Positions 18,630-28,026 of a DNA stretch of 64,000 nucleotides are shown one piece after another. The notes beneath the pieces were generated by a model. It did not search any database and was not told where the DNA came from. It saw only the letters and a list, made by a program, of their open reading frames with translations. This stretch comes from Bacteroidota bacterium (GTDB taxonomy: Bacteria > Bacteroidota > Ignavibacteria > UBA10030 > SZUA-254), in assembly GCA_049515655.1 (NCBI GenBank), contig JBEKTW010000007.1, forward strand, positions 64,648 to 128,647, written 5' to 3'. Both the position numbers and the translations under genes were made by a program. Positions within the stretch are counted from its first letter, which is position 1. Each line of letters begins with the position of its first letter.

Positions 18630-19530
18630 CGAAAGCGGCAGTAAACTTTGGTTTCAACATGAGAACCTGCTGGGGGAAGGCGGCAACGATTTTCTCTTTC
18701 ACCATGGTTGAGTAGGCATTCTCTTCGGTGAGAAGTCCGCCCATGAGCGCAACGGCGGCTTTCTTCTGCGGCGGCGCATGCTTGAGGAGGGTTTGCACCA
18801 ATTCAACAAGGGCATCCGCGTTCTTGGAGAGAACCTCCCGGGCAACGTGGTCGTCTTCCGCTGCGAACAACACTTTCAGGGTGAATCCCGTGATATCGAC
18901 CGCATCCTGGTAGATTCTTGGAATCAAGTCTTCGACGGCTGTCACTCTGAATTGCTGAAATGCTTTTTCCGTCAGCACCGTTTTTTCGCCACGTTCGTCG
19001 TGGGCGCGCATGACGGCAGCAAGCGCGTCGCGTGCGATTGCGAAGCTGCTTCCCTCGTCGCCGAGAATTCGTCCCCACCCGCCGGCGCGATAGATCGTTC
19101 CTTCCTTCGTCCGGTAGAGCCCGATCGACCCTGTCCCGGCGATGATGACGATTCCGCTTCCGCCTGCAAACGCGGCTTCGAGTGCTACGCGCGCATCGGT
19201 TTCAACGATGACGTTTTTGATAGGGAAATTGTTTTGCTGACCGAGCGAGATGAGCGCGTCGACGAAACTCGTCTTATCCGCCGGTCTTCCGGCGCCAGCA
19301 AGTCCGACTACAATGCTCTGGACGGCATCCGCCTGGCAGGAAGCCCACTTGCAGCACTCGTCGGCGAGCTTGAAGACGGTTTCGGCCGCTTTCGGGATGC
19401 CCGCGATCTGAACATTGCTTGCTCCGCCGAATCGCTCGGCGACCACCGTACCGTCGAGTGCGGAAAGAACCGCGTGCGTTTTTGTTCCCCCTCCATCGAT
19501 CCCGAGAATAAATTGCTGTTGTTCACTCAT
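18595..19530 (-). CDS. BadF/BadG/BcrA/BcrD-type ATPase, N-acetylglucosamine kinase-like
   Basis: 311 aa. ILGIDGGGTKTH phosphate-1 motif, IIAGTGS, GGWGRILGDEGS. Confidence 0.8.
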   Translation of the reverse strand: MSEQQQFILGIDGGGTKTHAVLSALDGTVVAERFGGASNVQIAGIPKAAETVFKLADECCKWASCQADAVQSIVVGLAGAGRPADKTSFVDALISLGQQNNFPIKNVIVETDARVALEAAFAGGSGIVIIAGTGSIGLYRTKEGTIYRAGGWGRILGDEGSSFAIARDALAAVMRAHDERGEKTVLTEKAFQQFRVTAVEDLIPRIYQDAVDITGFTLKVLFAAEDDHVAREVLSKNADALVELVQTLLKHAPPQKKAAVALMGGLLTEENAYSTMVKEKIVAAFPQQVLMLKPKFTAAFGAAIIGLNAFQ

Positions 19531-19628
19531 AAGGGGTTCCGGAAATTGCGTTCAAGATGCACTTGAGAGACATCATTTGCACAAATTATCAAAAAACGGT
19601 ATGAGAAGCAAGGAAGTATGCGATTCCT

Positions 19629-19657
19629 TTGCTTTCCTTCCAAAAAAGGTTTATATT
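19629..19657 (+). promoter_or_regulatory. sigma70-type promoter
   Basis: TTGCTT (19629-19634), 17-nt spacer, TATATT (19652-19657); 27 nt upstream of the ATG at 19684. Confidence 0.55.
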
Positions 19658-19683
19658 TTCATGTCAAATCAGTAAAATCAGCG

Positions 19684-20358
19684 ATGAACATCACTTATTA
19701 CGGACATTCCGCCTTTCTCCTCGACGATGGAACCACAAAGCTCATCATCGACCCTTTTCTCGAGGGTAACCCCCTCGCGCCGGTGAAACCCGGCAGTGTC
19801 AAGGTTCAATATGTTGTCGTCACCCACGGGCACGGAGACCATCTCGGTGACGCGATTCCGATCGCGATGCGGTGCAACGCGACAATCGTTGCCGTCAACG
19901 AGCTGGCAAATTATGTTGCGGACAAGGGTGCAAAGGCGCATAACATGCACATCGGTGGCGGACATGATTTCCCGTTCGGCAGAATCAAATTTACCATTGC
20001 GCACCATGGTTCCGTGTCTCCTGATGGCGTCTACACCGGCAACCCCGCAGGCGCCTTGGTCACGATCGGCGGGAAAACAGTCTACCATACCGGGGACACA
20101 GGATTATTTTACGATATGAAACTCATCGGCGAGATGAACCCCGTCGACGTCATGCTCGTCCCGATTGGAGATAATTACACGATGGGTATCGACGATGCCG
20201 TCAAAGCCGTTGAGCTCGTCCATCCGAAGTTTGTCATCCCGATGCACTACAACACGTTTCCCATGATCAAGGCCGACCCCGAACTTTTTATCCGGAAAGT
20301 GTCCGCGAAAGGATTCAAGGGCAAAGTGCTCAAGGCCGGTGAAACGTACACTGTTTGA
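19684..20358 (+). CDS. UPF0173-family metallo-beta-lactamase-fold hydrolase
   Basis: Internal ATG chosen: MNITYYGHSAFLL..; THGHGDHLGD metal motif. Confidence 0.8.
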   Translation: MNITYYGHSAFLLDDGTTKLIIDPFLEGNPLAPVKPGSVKVQYVVVTHGHGDHLGDAIPIAMRCNATIVAVNELANYVADKGAKAHNMHIGGGHDFPFGRIKFTIAHHGSVSPDGVYTGNPAGALVTIGGKTVYHTGDTGLFYDMKLIGEMNPVDVMLVPIGDNYTMGIDDAVKAVELVHPKFVIPMHYNTFPMIKADPELFIRKVSAKGFKGKVLKAGETYTV

Positions 20359-20382
20359 CTGCGCAAAATTCGGAAAAACACA

Positions 20383-20862
20383 GTGGATTTCTTACTTTGG
20401 GTCTGTCGAAGCATGCATGTGTTTGGCGTCGTGACGTGGCTTGGCGGACTCATGTTCCAGAGCGCGGTGGTGATGCCGGTGATGGATGCAGAAGACGAAG
20501 CCGCCGCCAAAGCGATGCGGAAAGTGAATAAACGCTTTGTCGGTTTCATCTGGATGAGCGTGTGGATGATTCTTATCACCGGAGTGTTGATGATGCTGAT
20601 CGATCCGCGTTTCGTCTGGTTTCAGTATCACGACCGCTGGTCGATACTGCTGGGCTTCAAACAACTCATTTTCATATTGATGGTATTTTACGCATTTGGA
20701 TATGCACGCATGCTGCAGTACCTGGAGACACCGTCATCGAACGGCGGCTTCGATGAAAAAGTGGAATTGTACCGTCATCGTCTCCAACAATTTCGAAGAA
20801 TCAGTATTGTCTTCGGTATCGTGGCTCTTTTTCTCGCCGCAGGAATGAGGTACGGTGGCTAA
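20383..20862 (+). CDS. CopD-like 4-TM membrane protein
   Basis: 159 aa. [14 protein letters not shown] resembles the CopD-domain signature. 8-nt overlap with the parA start. Confidence 0.5.
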   Translation: MDFLLWVCRSMHVFGVVTWLGGLMFQSAVVMPVMDAEDEAAAKAMRKVNKRFVGFIWMSVWMILITGVLMMLIDPRFVWFQYHDRWSILLGFKQLIFILMVFYAFGYARMLQYLETPSSNGGFDEKVELYRHRLQQFRRISIVFGIVALFLAAGMRYGG

Positions 20863-21667
20863 AGTCATTACCATAGCGAATCAAAAAGGCGGCGTCGGGA
20901 AAACGACCACTGCCGTCAACCTTGCCGCATCGATTGCCGTGGCGGAATTGCCGACGCTTCTGATCGATATCGATCCGCAGGCGAACGCGTCGAGCGGACT
21001 TGGCGTCGACCCCCGCGACACAAGGAAGAATATCTACGACGTGATAACCGCCTCGGTCGACCCGAACGACGTGATTGTCAAAACCGACATGCCGTATCTT
21101 TCACTGCTTCCCTCCAACATTAACCTCGTTGGGGCGGAAGTCGAGCTTGTGGACATTGAGAATCGCGAGCATATCATTGCGGGGATCGTCGAGAAGGTTC
21201 GCGGCAAGTATGAATACATGCTCATCGATTGTCCGCCGTCGCTCGGTTTGCTCACCTTGAACGGACTTGTTGCCGGGGATTCGGTTCTCATCCCCGTCCA
21301 ATGCGAATACTACGCGCTCGAAGGCCTGGGACAGCTTCTCAACACCATCACGATTGTTCAGCAGAATCTCAATCCCAAACTGGAAATCGAAGGCGTACTG
21401 CTAACAATGTTCGACGGGCGCCTCCGTCTCTCGAATCAAATCCTGGAAGAAGTGAGAAAATACTTCGGCGACAAGGTGTTTTCCACGGTGATCACGCGGA
21501 ATGTTCGGTTAAGTGAAGCGCCGAGTTACGGCAAACCGGTCTTGTTGTACGACGCGGTTTCATCCGGCTCAAAGAATTACATGGAGCTCGCGAAAGAATT
21601 TCTCAAACGTCAGCCGGCGCAGGATACGAAGAATCCACAGAATGTCCAACAGATACCGGTTTCATAG
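20855..21667 (+). CDS. parA: chromosome partitioning ATPase ParA/Soj
   Basis: GTG start. Deviant Walker [17 protein letters not shown]; LIDCPPSLG. Confidence 0.95.
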   Translation: MAKVITIANQKGGVGKTTTAVNLAASIAVAELPTLLIDIDPQANASSGLGVDPRDTRKNIYDVITASVDPNDVIVKTDMPYLSLLPSNINLVGAEVELVDIENREHIIAGIVEKVRGKYEYMLIDCPPSLGLLTLNGLVAGDSVLIPVQCEYYALEGLGQLLNTITIVQQNLNPKLEIEGVLLTMFDGRLRLSNQILEEVRKYFGDKVFSTVITRNVRLSEAPSYGKPVLLYDAVSSGSKNYMELAKEFLKRQPAQDTKNPQNVQQIPVS

Positions 21668-21673
21668 GCGGGT

Positions 21674-22609
21674 ATGTCCAAGGTAAAAGGAGGGTTAGGA
21701 AAAGGGTTGTCGGCGTTGATTCGCCCGCCGGCGAAGAGCGATGAGCCGCTCCGCCCGTCCGACCAACCGGCAAGTCCACCCGCGTCGACCCCGGCCAAAC
21801 CTTCGCCGGTCGGATCCATCACGCATCTCGAGATCGCGAGGATCCGTCCCAATCCGTTCCAGCCCCGCGCCGACTTCGACCAGCAGGCGCTCGACGAACT
21901 GAAACAATCGATTAAGCAAAAGGGCATCATCCAGCCTATCACGGTCCGCCGGGCGGACGACGGAATGTACGAGCTCATTTCCGGCGAGCGCCGCATCAGG
22001 GCGTCGACCGAGCTCGGACTGAAGACAATTCCGGCCTACGTTATTGAAGTCAGGACGCAGGTGGAAATGCTCGAGCTCGCGCTCATCGAAAACCTCCAGC
22101 GCGAACACCTGAATCCGATCGAGATCGCTATTTCCTATCAACGGCTCATGAACGACGTCGAGCTTTCCGTTGAAGATGTCGCCCGGAAGGTGAGCAAGGA
22201 TCGCACGACGGTCGTGAACTTCTTGCGTCTACTGAAGCTCCCGGACAAAATCCAGCACGCGCTGCGGAAGGGCGCGCTTACCGCCGGGCATGCCCGGGCG
22301 TTGCTTGCGCTCCCCGATGAATTGACCCAGTTGAAGTTTTTCGAAAAGATCACGAAGAGTGACCTCAATGTGCGCCAGGTCGAACGACTCGTCCGTGAGT
22401 TCTCCCAGAAGAAAGAGAAGAAGGTCTTCCATATAACCCCGGCTGCGCAAACTTCAGTGGGCAGTATTGAAGAAAAGATCCGGTACGCTCTCGGGACGAA
22501 AGTGAAAGTAAATGTTCACGAAGGGGGAAAAGGCGAGATCGTGATTGAGTTTTATTCGAACGATGACCTCGTACGGCTGCTCGACCTCATCACTTCCATC
22601 CAACAATAA
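21674..22609 (+). CDS. parB: chromosome partitioning protein ParB/Spo0J
   Basis: 311 aa. ParB box GERRIRAS, and an HTH region (ALIENLQREHLNPIE; TAGHARALL). Confidence 0.95.
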   Translation: MSKVKGGLGKGLSALIRPPAKSDEPLRPSDQPASPPASTPAKPSPVGSITHLEIARIRPNPFQPRADFDQQALDELKQSIKQKGIIQPITVRRADDGMYELISGERRIRASTELGLKTIPAYVIEVRTQVEMLELALIENLQREHLNPIEIAISYQRLMNDVELSVEDVARKVSKDRTTVVNFLRLLKLPDKIQHALRKGALTAGHARALLALPDELTQLKFFEKITKSDLNVRQVERLVREFSQKKEKKVFHITPAAQTSVGSIEEKIRYALGTKVKVNVHEGGKGEIVIEFYSNDDLVRLLDLITSIQQ

Positions 22610-22618
22610 ACGATTCGT

Positions 22619-23011
22619 ATGCCGAAGAAGATCGTTTTAACGAAAGCGGCTCCCGCGCCCATCGGTCCGTACAATCAGGGAATCGTCGCGAGCGGCACGA
22701 TGGTGTTTACGGCCGGGCAGATTCCGCTCGACCCGCAAACGGGGCAACTCGTCGCGGGCGATATCAAAGCGCAGACGCGACAGGTACTGAAGAACGTGCA
22801 GGCGATTCTCGAGGCTGGCGGCGCTTCGCTGCAGAGCGTTGTCAAGACCACCGTTTTTCTGAAAGACATGAATGAATTTCCCGCGATGAACGAGGTCTAC
22901 GGCGAATTCTTCAAGAGCGACCCGCCTGCGCGCTCGACCGTTGAAGTGGCACGGCTGCCGCGAGACGTCAGAGTTGAAATCGACGCGATCGCGATGGTGG
23001 AAAAGCCGTGA
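22619..23011 (+). CDS. ridA: RidA/YjgF-family reactive-intermediate deaminase
   Basis: 130 aa. [11 protein letters not shown].., [22 protein letters not shown]. Confidence 0.9.
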   Translation: MPKKIVLTKAAPAPIGPYNQGIVASGTMVFTAGQIPLDPQTGQLVAGDIKAQTRQVLKNVQAILEAGGASLQSVVKTTVFLKDMNEFPAMNEVYGEFFKSDPPARSTVEVARLPRDVRVEIDAIAMVEKP

Positions 23012-23040
23012 AAACTGCAACGACAGATGAGCATTGAGCA

Positions 23041-23604
23041 GTGAGTCGTTATTCTCTTCCGGCTGTTAAGTTTTCATGTCCTGTTGTTCTTGCCGTACTC
23101 ATCCACGCTTTTTGCCTCGCCCAGGTCGGTACCGGATCTGATAGTCTCAGGGCCATCCCCGATTCCGGCAGTAGAAGCTCCGTAGAGACAGGTTTCCATC
23201 CCAGTAAGTCCGCCTGGCTGGCGGTCGGATTATCTGCCGCCGCGCCGGGAGTCGGACAGCTCTATAATGGGAGCTACTGGAAGGCTCCTGTCATCTGGGC
23301 GCTCGGCACGTACTGGATTTCGGAGTGGATTCAACTCAACAAGTCGTACAAAGATTACCGCAACAGCTATAATGCGAGCATACAACCTTCCCAGACCTTG
23401 GGTGATCCGACCTTGCTCAGTCAGCGAAATTTCTACCGGGACGAGCGGGATAAGTTCGCGTGGTATCTCGGCGCCTTATATGCTCTCAATCTTCTCGACG
23501 CTTATGTGAGTGCGAATCTGTATGATTTTGACGTGGGGCAGGACCTGGGATTGGACGGGAGAGCGGCGCCGAGAGTAACGGCAACGATCCGATGGAAATT
23601 TTGA
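23041..23604 (+). CDS. DUF5683-like membrane-associated protein
   Basis: 187 aa, GTG start. PGVGQLYNGSYWKAPVIW and the C-terminal YALNLLDAYVSANLYDFDV resemble the Bacteroidota DUF5683 family often found near parAB. Confidence 0.5.
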   Translation: MSRYSLPAVKFSCPVVLAVLIHAFCLAQVGTGSDSLRAIPDSGSRSSVETGFHPSKSAWLAVGLSAAAPGVGQLYNGSYWKAPVIWALGTYWISEWIQLNKSYKDYRNSYNASIQPSQTLGDPTLLSQRNFYRDERDKFAWYLGALYALNLLDAYVSANLYDFDVGQDLGLDGRAAPRVTATIRWKF

Positions 23605-23650
23605 TTCACCGGTTGGTGAATCATCGGTAGAGACTTCAAACAGGAAGAAT

Positions 23651-23687
23651 GTGCGGCGCACTTTGGAAGTGCGTCGCACGTCTTTTC
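23651..23687. terminator. bidirectional rho-independent terminator between convergent genes
   Basis: GTGCGGCGCAC / GTGCGTCGCAC 11-bp stem (one G.U pair) followed by GTCTTTTCTG. Confidence 0.7.
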
Positions 23688-23693
23688 TGAAGC

Positions 23694-24362
23694 TTACTTG
23701 ACGGAGAGCAGCTCCACTTCAAAAATCAATGTTGCATTGGGTGGTATCACCTGACCCGCTCCACGCTCACCGTACGCAAGGTCGGGCGGAATGAACAACG
23801 TCCACTTTGACCCGACGGGCATCAACTGCAATGCCTCGGTCCAACCTCTTACGACGCCGTTGACCTGAAACGACGCGGGCTGGCCGCGTTTGTATGAGTT
23901 GTCGAACTCCGTTCCGTCGACGAGCTTTCCGATGTAGTGTACCGCCACGGTTTCTTCCGCCTTCGGTTTCTTTCCGGTGCCCATCTTCTCGACCTTGTAC
24001 TGCAAGCCGCTGGGGAGAGTAATGACACCGTCCTTTTTCTTGTTCTCGGCAAGGAATGCATCGCCTGCCGTTTTGTTCTTTTCGGCCTGTACATCCATCA
24101 TATGTTTCTGGTACGACATGATAGCCGCCTGGGATTGCGAATCATCCAACGCGGGTTTCACGTCGTTCAAGATGTCCTTCAAACCCTTCGCAAGAAGGTC
24201 CGGGTCGATGTCGAAAGATTGCTTCTTGAGATTCTTTGCTATGTCATGCCCGATGGCATAGCTCACGCTGTCCTTTTGAGTTTTTAGCTGTGCCTTCTCC
24301 TGTGTGTTGCCCTGACACGCTAACAGCATGAGACACAGAGCGGCTATTCCTGCGTATTTCAT
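23694..24362 (-). CDS. FKBP-type peptidyl-prolyl cis-trans isomerase lipoprotein (FklB/Mip-like)
   Basis: 222 aa. Lipobox LLACQ; C-terminal FKBP domain ..VHYIGKLVDGTEFDNSY..IPPNATLIFEVELLSVK. Confidence 0.9.
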   Translation of the reverse strand: MKYAGIAALCLMLLACQGNTQEKAQLKTQKDSVSYAIGHDIAKNLKKQSFDIDPDLLAKGLKDILNDVKPALDDSQSQAAIMSYQKHMMDVQAEKNKTAGDAFLAENKKKDGVITLPSGLQYKVEKMGTGKKPKAEETVAVHYIGKLVDGTEFDNSYKRGQPASFQVNGVVRGWTEALQLMPVGSKWTLFIPPDLAYGERGAGQVIPPNATLIFEVELLSVK

Positions 24363-24514
24363 TAACGAATCCTTTCTTGAGTGGTAATTGTTCCGGGGGA
24401 AGTTTGCCTGCTCGGCGGACAGGATGATTTGCCGGATACCCTGTAGGGCGGGCGTTTCCCGAAGTCATAATGGAATAAAATACGATTTTCGAGAGCGGAA
24501 TCCAAATGAGCATT

Positions 24515-24597
24515 TGTCATGTTGAGCGAAGCGAAACATCCCAATGCTCGAAAAGAAGCGAGATTCTTCACTTCACTTCGTTCCGTTCAGAATGACA
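24515..24597. repeat. palindromic REP/MITE-like element (TGTCAT..GAGCGAAGCGAA / TTCG..TCAGAATGACA type)
   Basis: Left arm TGTCATGTTGAGCGAAGCGAAACATC; right arm GATTCTTCACTTCACTTCGTTCCGTTCAGAATGACA, an imperfect inverted repeat. Confidence 0.6.
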
Positions 24598-24684
24598 ATC
24601 ATTTTTGATTTTTCAGATATCTCGGTCGAGTCGTTTGTAAACCACTGAAATACCTCTTACCTTACGTAAAATCAGGAACGGGAA

Positions 24685-25800
24685 ATGAAGAAAATCCTTG
24701 CCGTCATTCTTGCAACGATTGCTCTATCAACTGAGCCTGGAGCTGGGAGCAAAGAGTCAAACAGCGAGTTGTACAATACTTGGCTCAGCCGCGCATACGC
24801 GGTCGATGAGCTATTCCATACCGTCTACACCCCGGGCTGGGAGGGCGCAAACGGTGCGATTGGCGACGCGTACCTGTTTGCAGCCACCCATGACTCTTCT
24901 CTCCTACGTTTTCACCTCGAGCACGATATGAGAAACATGTTCAACGGGACGTGGGTCGACGACCGCGCCTGGATCTGCCTCGCGGAAATGTACTGGTGGG
25001 ATTTCACAGGCCGGCAAAACAGAATCTGGGTGGAAGATGCCCGGCAGCGCTACCTCGACGCCCGCAGCGAAGGGCGCCTCTCCAACCACGAAGGATTCTG
25101 GAGTTGGTACAACTGGCCCCCGGGCGCGAAAGTCAATGACCGGATTTTTACGAACAGCAACATGAATCAGATGATTGCAGTCGCGTGTTGGTTGTATGAA
25201 GCTACAGGCGATAAGCGATTTCTGAAAGACGCGCTCATGGTCTGGAACGGCGACAAGAAATATCCGGGCGTCGAGAAAACGTTCTATCGTGGCAACGGAC
25301 GGTGGGAAGGGAAACCCGGCCTGGCAGCGTTCGGCAAGCAGCTCCCGTGGGATGGAGTCGAGTACTCCATGGTGTGCGCCTCGCTGTACCGCGTGACAAA
25401 AGATCCGAAGTACAAGAAGATCATTGTTGCAAGCGTGAAACGGATCCTCGACCCGGCGACGGGCTGGGTCGACCCGCACGATTTTTATCAAATCCACATG
25501 GACGGCAACGGACACTTTGTGCATAATCTCCTCATCGCGTACCTGATTGCGCCCGACCAGCTCAGCGACGTTCCGGAAAAAGTCCGGAAGATGCTGGAAC
25601 ACGTCTGGACAAACCACGAAGGAACGGCAACGGTGACGCTGCATCGTGAAGCCGACAACGGCATCCGCAACGGCTGGAATCCTTACGGAGGCGAGGATGG
25701 GTACGGCGTTGACCAGGTCGGGACGGTGCATCCCCAGTCGCAGGCCGTGCGAGCGTTCGGGGTGTTTGTGTATGTTTTGAAGAAGATGGGGGAGAAGTGA
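24685..25800 (+). CDS. six-hairpin glycosidase-like secreted protein, GH76-like
   Basis: 371 aa with a signal peptide. WVDDRAWICLA and NSNMNQMIAVACWLYEATGDKRFLKDA resemble GH76 alpha-1,6-mannanase motifs. Confidence 0.5.
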   Translation: MKKILAVILATIALSTEPGAGSKESNSELYNTWLSRAYAVDELFHTVYTPGWEGANGAIGDAYLFAATHDSSLLRFHLEHDMRNMFNGTWVDDRAWICLAEMYWWDFTGRQNRIWVEDARQRYLDARSEGRLSNHEGFWSWYNWPPGAKVNDRIFTNSNMNQMIAVACWLYEATGDKRFLKDALMVWNGDKKYPGVEKTFYRGNGRWEGKPGLAAFGKQLPWDGVEYSMVCASLYRVTKDPKYKKIIVASVKRILDPATGWVDPHDFYQIHMDGNGHFVHNLLIAYLIAPDQLSDVPEKVRKMLEHVWTNHEGTATVTLHREADNGIRNGWNPYGGEDGYGVDQVGTVHPQSQAVRAFGVFVYVLKKMGEK

Positions 25801-25817
25801 GAATAGTAGGGCGATTC

Positions 25818-26204
25818 GTCTTTTGGCTTTTTACCCTCACCCCTTTCCCCTCTCCCGATCCTTCGACTTCGCTCAGGACAGGTTCGGGAGAGGGGAATTG
25901 AAGGGGAGAGGGTTGCGAGTGACGTGAAGATCCAGGAATTTATTCGAACTATTTGAAGGACACGATACTCGTTTCTAAATCCGAATTCGGAAATCTTAAA
26001 TTCCGCCTCTCAGAATCCCGCCGCCCAGCGGAATCCAAAGGCGGGACAAATCCTAAACTCAAAACTCAAACCCCAAACCCTAACACCTATCACCCACCAC
26101 CTATTACCTCCAACCCGAACCCCAACCCCAAACCCTAATATCTATCACCCATCACCTATTATCTGCCACCTAAACCCAAACCCCAAAACTCAAAACTCTA
26201 ACCC
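25818..26204 (-). mobile_element. decayed four-helix-bundle cassette (relic E): REP copy R2, ~60 nt of 4HB 3' end, CCTAAA/CTCAAAAC word flank
   Basis: 25818-25975 aligns at ~80% (by eye) with 8771-8905 of cassette A, apart from a ~29-nt loop insertion in relic E. 26026-26204 is a low-complexity word array that includes two ~56-nt direct repeats. Confidence 0.6.
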
Positions 26205-26909
26205 CTACTGCTTTGCAGAAGTATGCCAGGAGCGGATTTGCCACTCGCCTGCTTCGTTCCGACTGTACACAATGGTGTGATATCGCTCGTGCTTTCCTGA
26301 TGACGGTTTCATGCGGAGGATCAAAAAGCCCGACCTATCTGAGGAATCGACCTTCTGGATGGATAAGAGTTCTTTTGATTCGGGTCCTTCAACAAGCATC
26401 GATCTTTTCCCTTTGTCTGAGAGAAGACCACGCAAATGTTCCATTTTATTGCCGATCACGACGTATGCCTCAGGATCGATGAGAGACAGCATCTGTTCTC
26501 CGGTGTCTCCTCGGAGTAACCCGACAACTTTTTCCCTAAGCTTCATTTCGTCTTCGTATTCGGATTTCAAATCACCATTGAGTTTGAACCTGAAGGGGAT
26601 GATCACTTCAGCCTTAATGGGCTTCCCGTCCTTCAGTGCCGGCGTAAATTCCCATTGCTTCACTGCATCGAGGGCGGCATCGTCAAAATCCTTGTTGGAC
26701 GTCTTCTCCACCGTCGCTTTATCGACGCCTCCATTTTCATTCACAAATACCCTCACGCTGACCTCTCCTTCGATTCCCGCCGCTTTGAGAATTGACGGGT
26801 AGGAAGGGTTGACGCGTTTCTTCGCCTGCGGCATTTCCTGGGGTGAGTTTAGTGCTGCTGCCGGCAATGCACAGAGCAGCATCAAGAATATCCATGTATT
26901 TAATCGCAT
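26205..26909 (-). CDS. secreted TonB C-terminal-domain protein with an extra C-terminal domain
   Basis: Internal ATG at 26909 (MRLNTWIFLMLLCALPAAAL signal peptide). TonB_C motif YPSILKAAGIEGEVSVRVFV..DAALDAVKQWEFTPA. No N-terminal TM anchor or Pro-rich spacer. Confidence 0.7.
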   Translation of the reverse strand: MRLNTWIFLMLLCALPAAALNSPQEMPQAKKRVNPSYPSILKAAGIEGEVSVRVFVNENGGVDKATVEKTSNKDFDDAALDAVKQWEFTPALKDGKPIKAEVIIPFRFKLNGDLKSEYEDEMKLREKVVGLLRGDTGEQMLSLIDPEAYVVIGNKMEHLRGLLSDKGKRSMLVEGPESKELLSIQKVDSSDRSGFLILRMKPSSGKHERYHTIVYSRNEAGEWQIRSWHTSAKQ

Positions 26910-26920
26910 ATCGGGATCTC

Positions 26921-27322
26921 CTACTTTTGTTGTGGTGTCGAAGTCTTTTCGGGAGTGACAATGACTGTCGCGAGTTTTGTGACATAGACTGTCTCGGTGC
27001 TGCGGGGCCGTACCAACGAATAGATGACAACGGCCGCGACCAGGAGCGCCGCAAATGCAAGAGCGGGCACTCGCAGTGATATGCGGTGTTGCCACAATCT
27101 TTCCCTGTGGATGTCGTGCAATGGAAAAGATGGAACAGCAGGTGAAAAAGCCGGTGGTTCTGCGACGCGCTCCAACGCGGCATTCAGCGATTGCATCCGA
27201 TGGAACAACGACCGGCATTCACCGCACGAAGCCAAATGTGCGAACAACGTCGCGGAATCACCAGCTTGCAGCTCGCCATCCAGCAGCTTGCTAACCAAAA
27301 TTTCATAATTGGCACAGCTCAT
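26921..27322 (-). CDS. zf-HC2 anti-sigma factor, single TM
   Basis: 133 aa. C..YE..VS.LLDGEL......LF.HL..C..C; TM helix ALAFAALLVAAVVIYSLV. ATGA overlap with the sigma gene. Confidence 0.8.
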   Translation of the reverse strand: MSCANYEILVSKLLDGELQAGDSATLFAHLASCGECRSLFHRMQSLNAALERVAEPPAFSPAVPSFPLHDIHRERLWQHRISLRVPALAFAALLVAAVVIYSLVRPRSTETVYVTKLATVIVTPEKTSTPQQK

Positions 27323-27873
27323 GTCGCGGTCCTTTCTTGTAAAATCGGTTCCAGGTACTTAATTAATGCTTTTCTGGCTTTGTACAATCGTGATTCAACT
27401 GAACTGATCGTGCTGCCTGTGATGCTCGCGATATCCGCGTACGACAGTTTTTCGAACTGCCTCAGCACCAGCACCTCGCGATATTCAGGCTTAAGTCGTT
27501 GTAGTCCTTCTTCCACGAGGTCCGAATTTTCGCGCCTCACAAGAAGCTCATGCGGTGTTTCGGTATCCCACACTTCTTCGTCGGAAAGTCCGGCAACGTC
27601 CTTCCTACGTGCACGAAGCCAACCGAAGGCTTCGTTGCGGGCAATACTGAAGAGCCAGAAGTAGAATGATTCGGGCTTCTCAAGCGACTTCACAGATTCA
27701 AGAGCTTTGACAAAAACTGATTGGACAAGGTCTTCCGTGGCATCCCGGTCGCGCAGCAGCCGGTAGCAGTATCCGAACACCCGGCGGTAGTACTTGTGAT
27801 ATATTTCCCCGAAGGCTGCGCTGTCGCCACCGGCAAAGCGGCGGAGCAGCTCGCTGTCGTTCACTTCATCCAC
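27319..27873 (-). CDS. ECF (sigma-70 family group 4) sigma factor
   Basis: 184 aa, GTG start. Region 2 (..RVFGYCYRLLRDRDATEDLVQSVFVKA) and region 4 HTH (LSYADIASITGSTISSVESRLYKARKAL). Confidence 0.9.
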   Translation of the reverse strand: MDEVNDSELLRRFAGGDSAAFGEIYHKYYRRVFGYCYRLLRDRDATEDLVQSVFVKALESVKSLEKPESFYFWLFSIARNEAFGWLRARRKDVAGLSDEEVWDTETPHELLVRRENSDLVEEGLQRLKPEYREVLVLRQFEKLSYADIASITGSTISSVESRLYKARKALIKYLEPILQERTAT

Positions 27874-28026
27874 AGTTGGCCGAAATCATGACTGTCCATA
27901 GAGTAAGATGCAAAAAACGGGAAAAACTTGCTGTCTGCCACCCGGGGATTGAAAAACTACTTGAAAGAATGAAACCAAATTCGTAGGGAGTTCCCCTTCT
28001 TTCGTAGATGGCTCGCCGGCAACAGA

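Noticed and set aside
19531-19683. Replication origin. The gene orientation switch (all minus to the left, plus to the right) is 1.3 kb from parAB.
   Set aside because: The spacer is only ~150 nt. By eye I found no TTATCCACA-type DnaA boxes or AT-rich unwinding repeats, and dnaA/dnaN are absent. It is more simply a divergent promoter region.
26026-26204. Telomere-like CCCTAA(A)/TTTAGGG repeats (also 37016-37088) suggesting eukaryotic contamination or linear replicon ends
   Set aside because: The words are interspersed with other words, are not tandem or perfect, and are embedded between ordinary bacterial genes. They belong to the word-repeat flanks of the 4HB cassette family.
26910-27218. 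N-terminal 103-aa extension of the TonB-C ORF
   Set aside because: It overlaps the anti-sigma gene in another frame and is Cys/Arg/His-rich. The internal ATG at 26909 gives a normal signal peptide.
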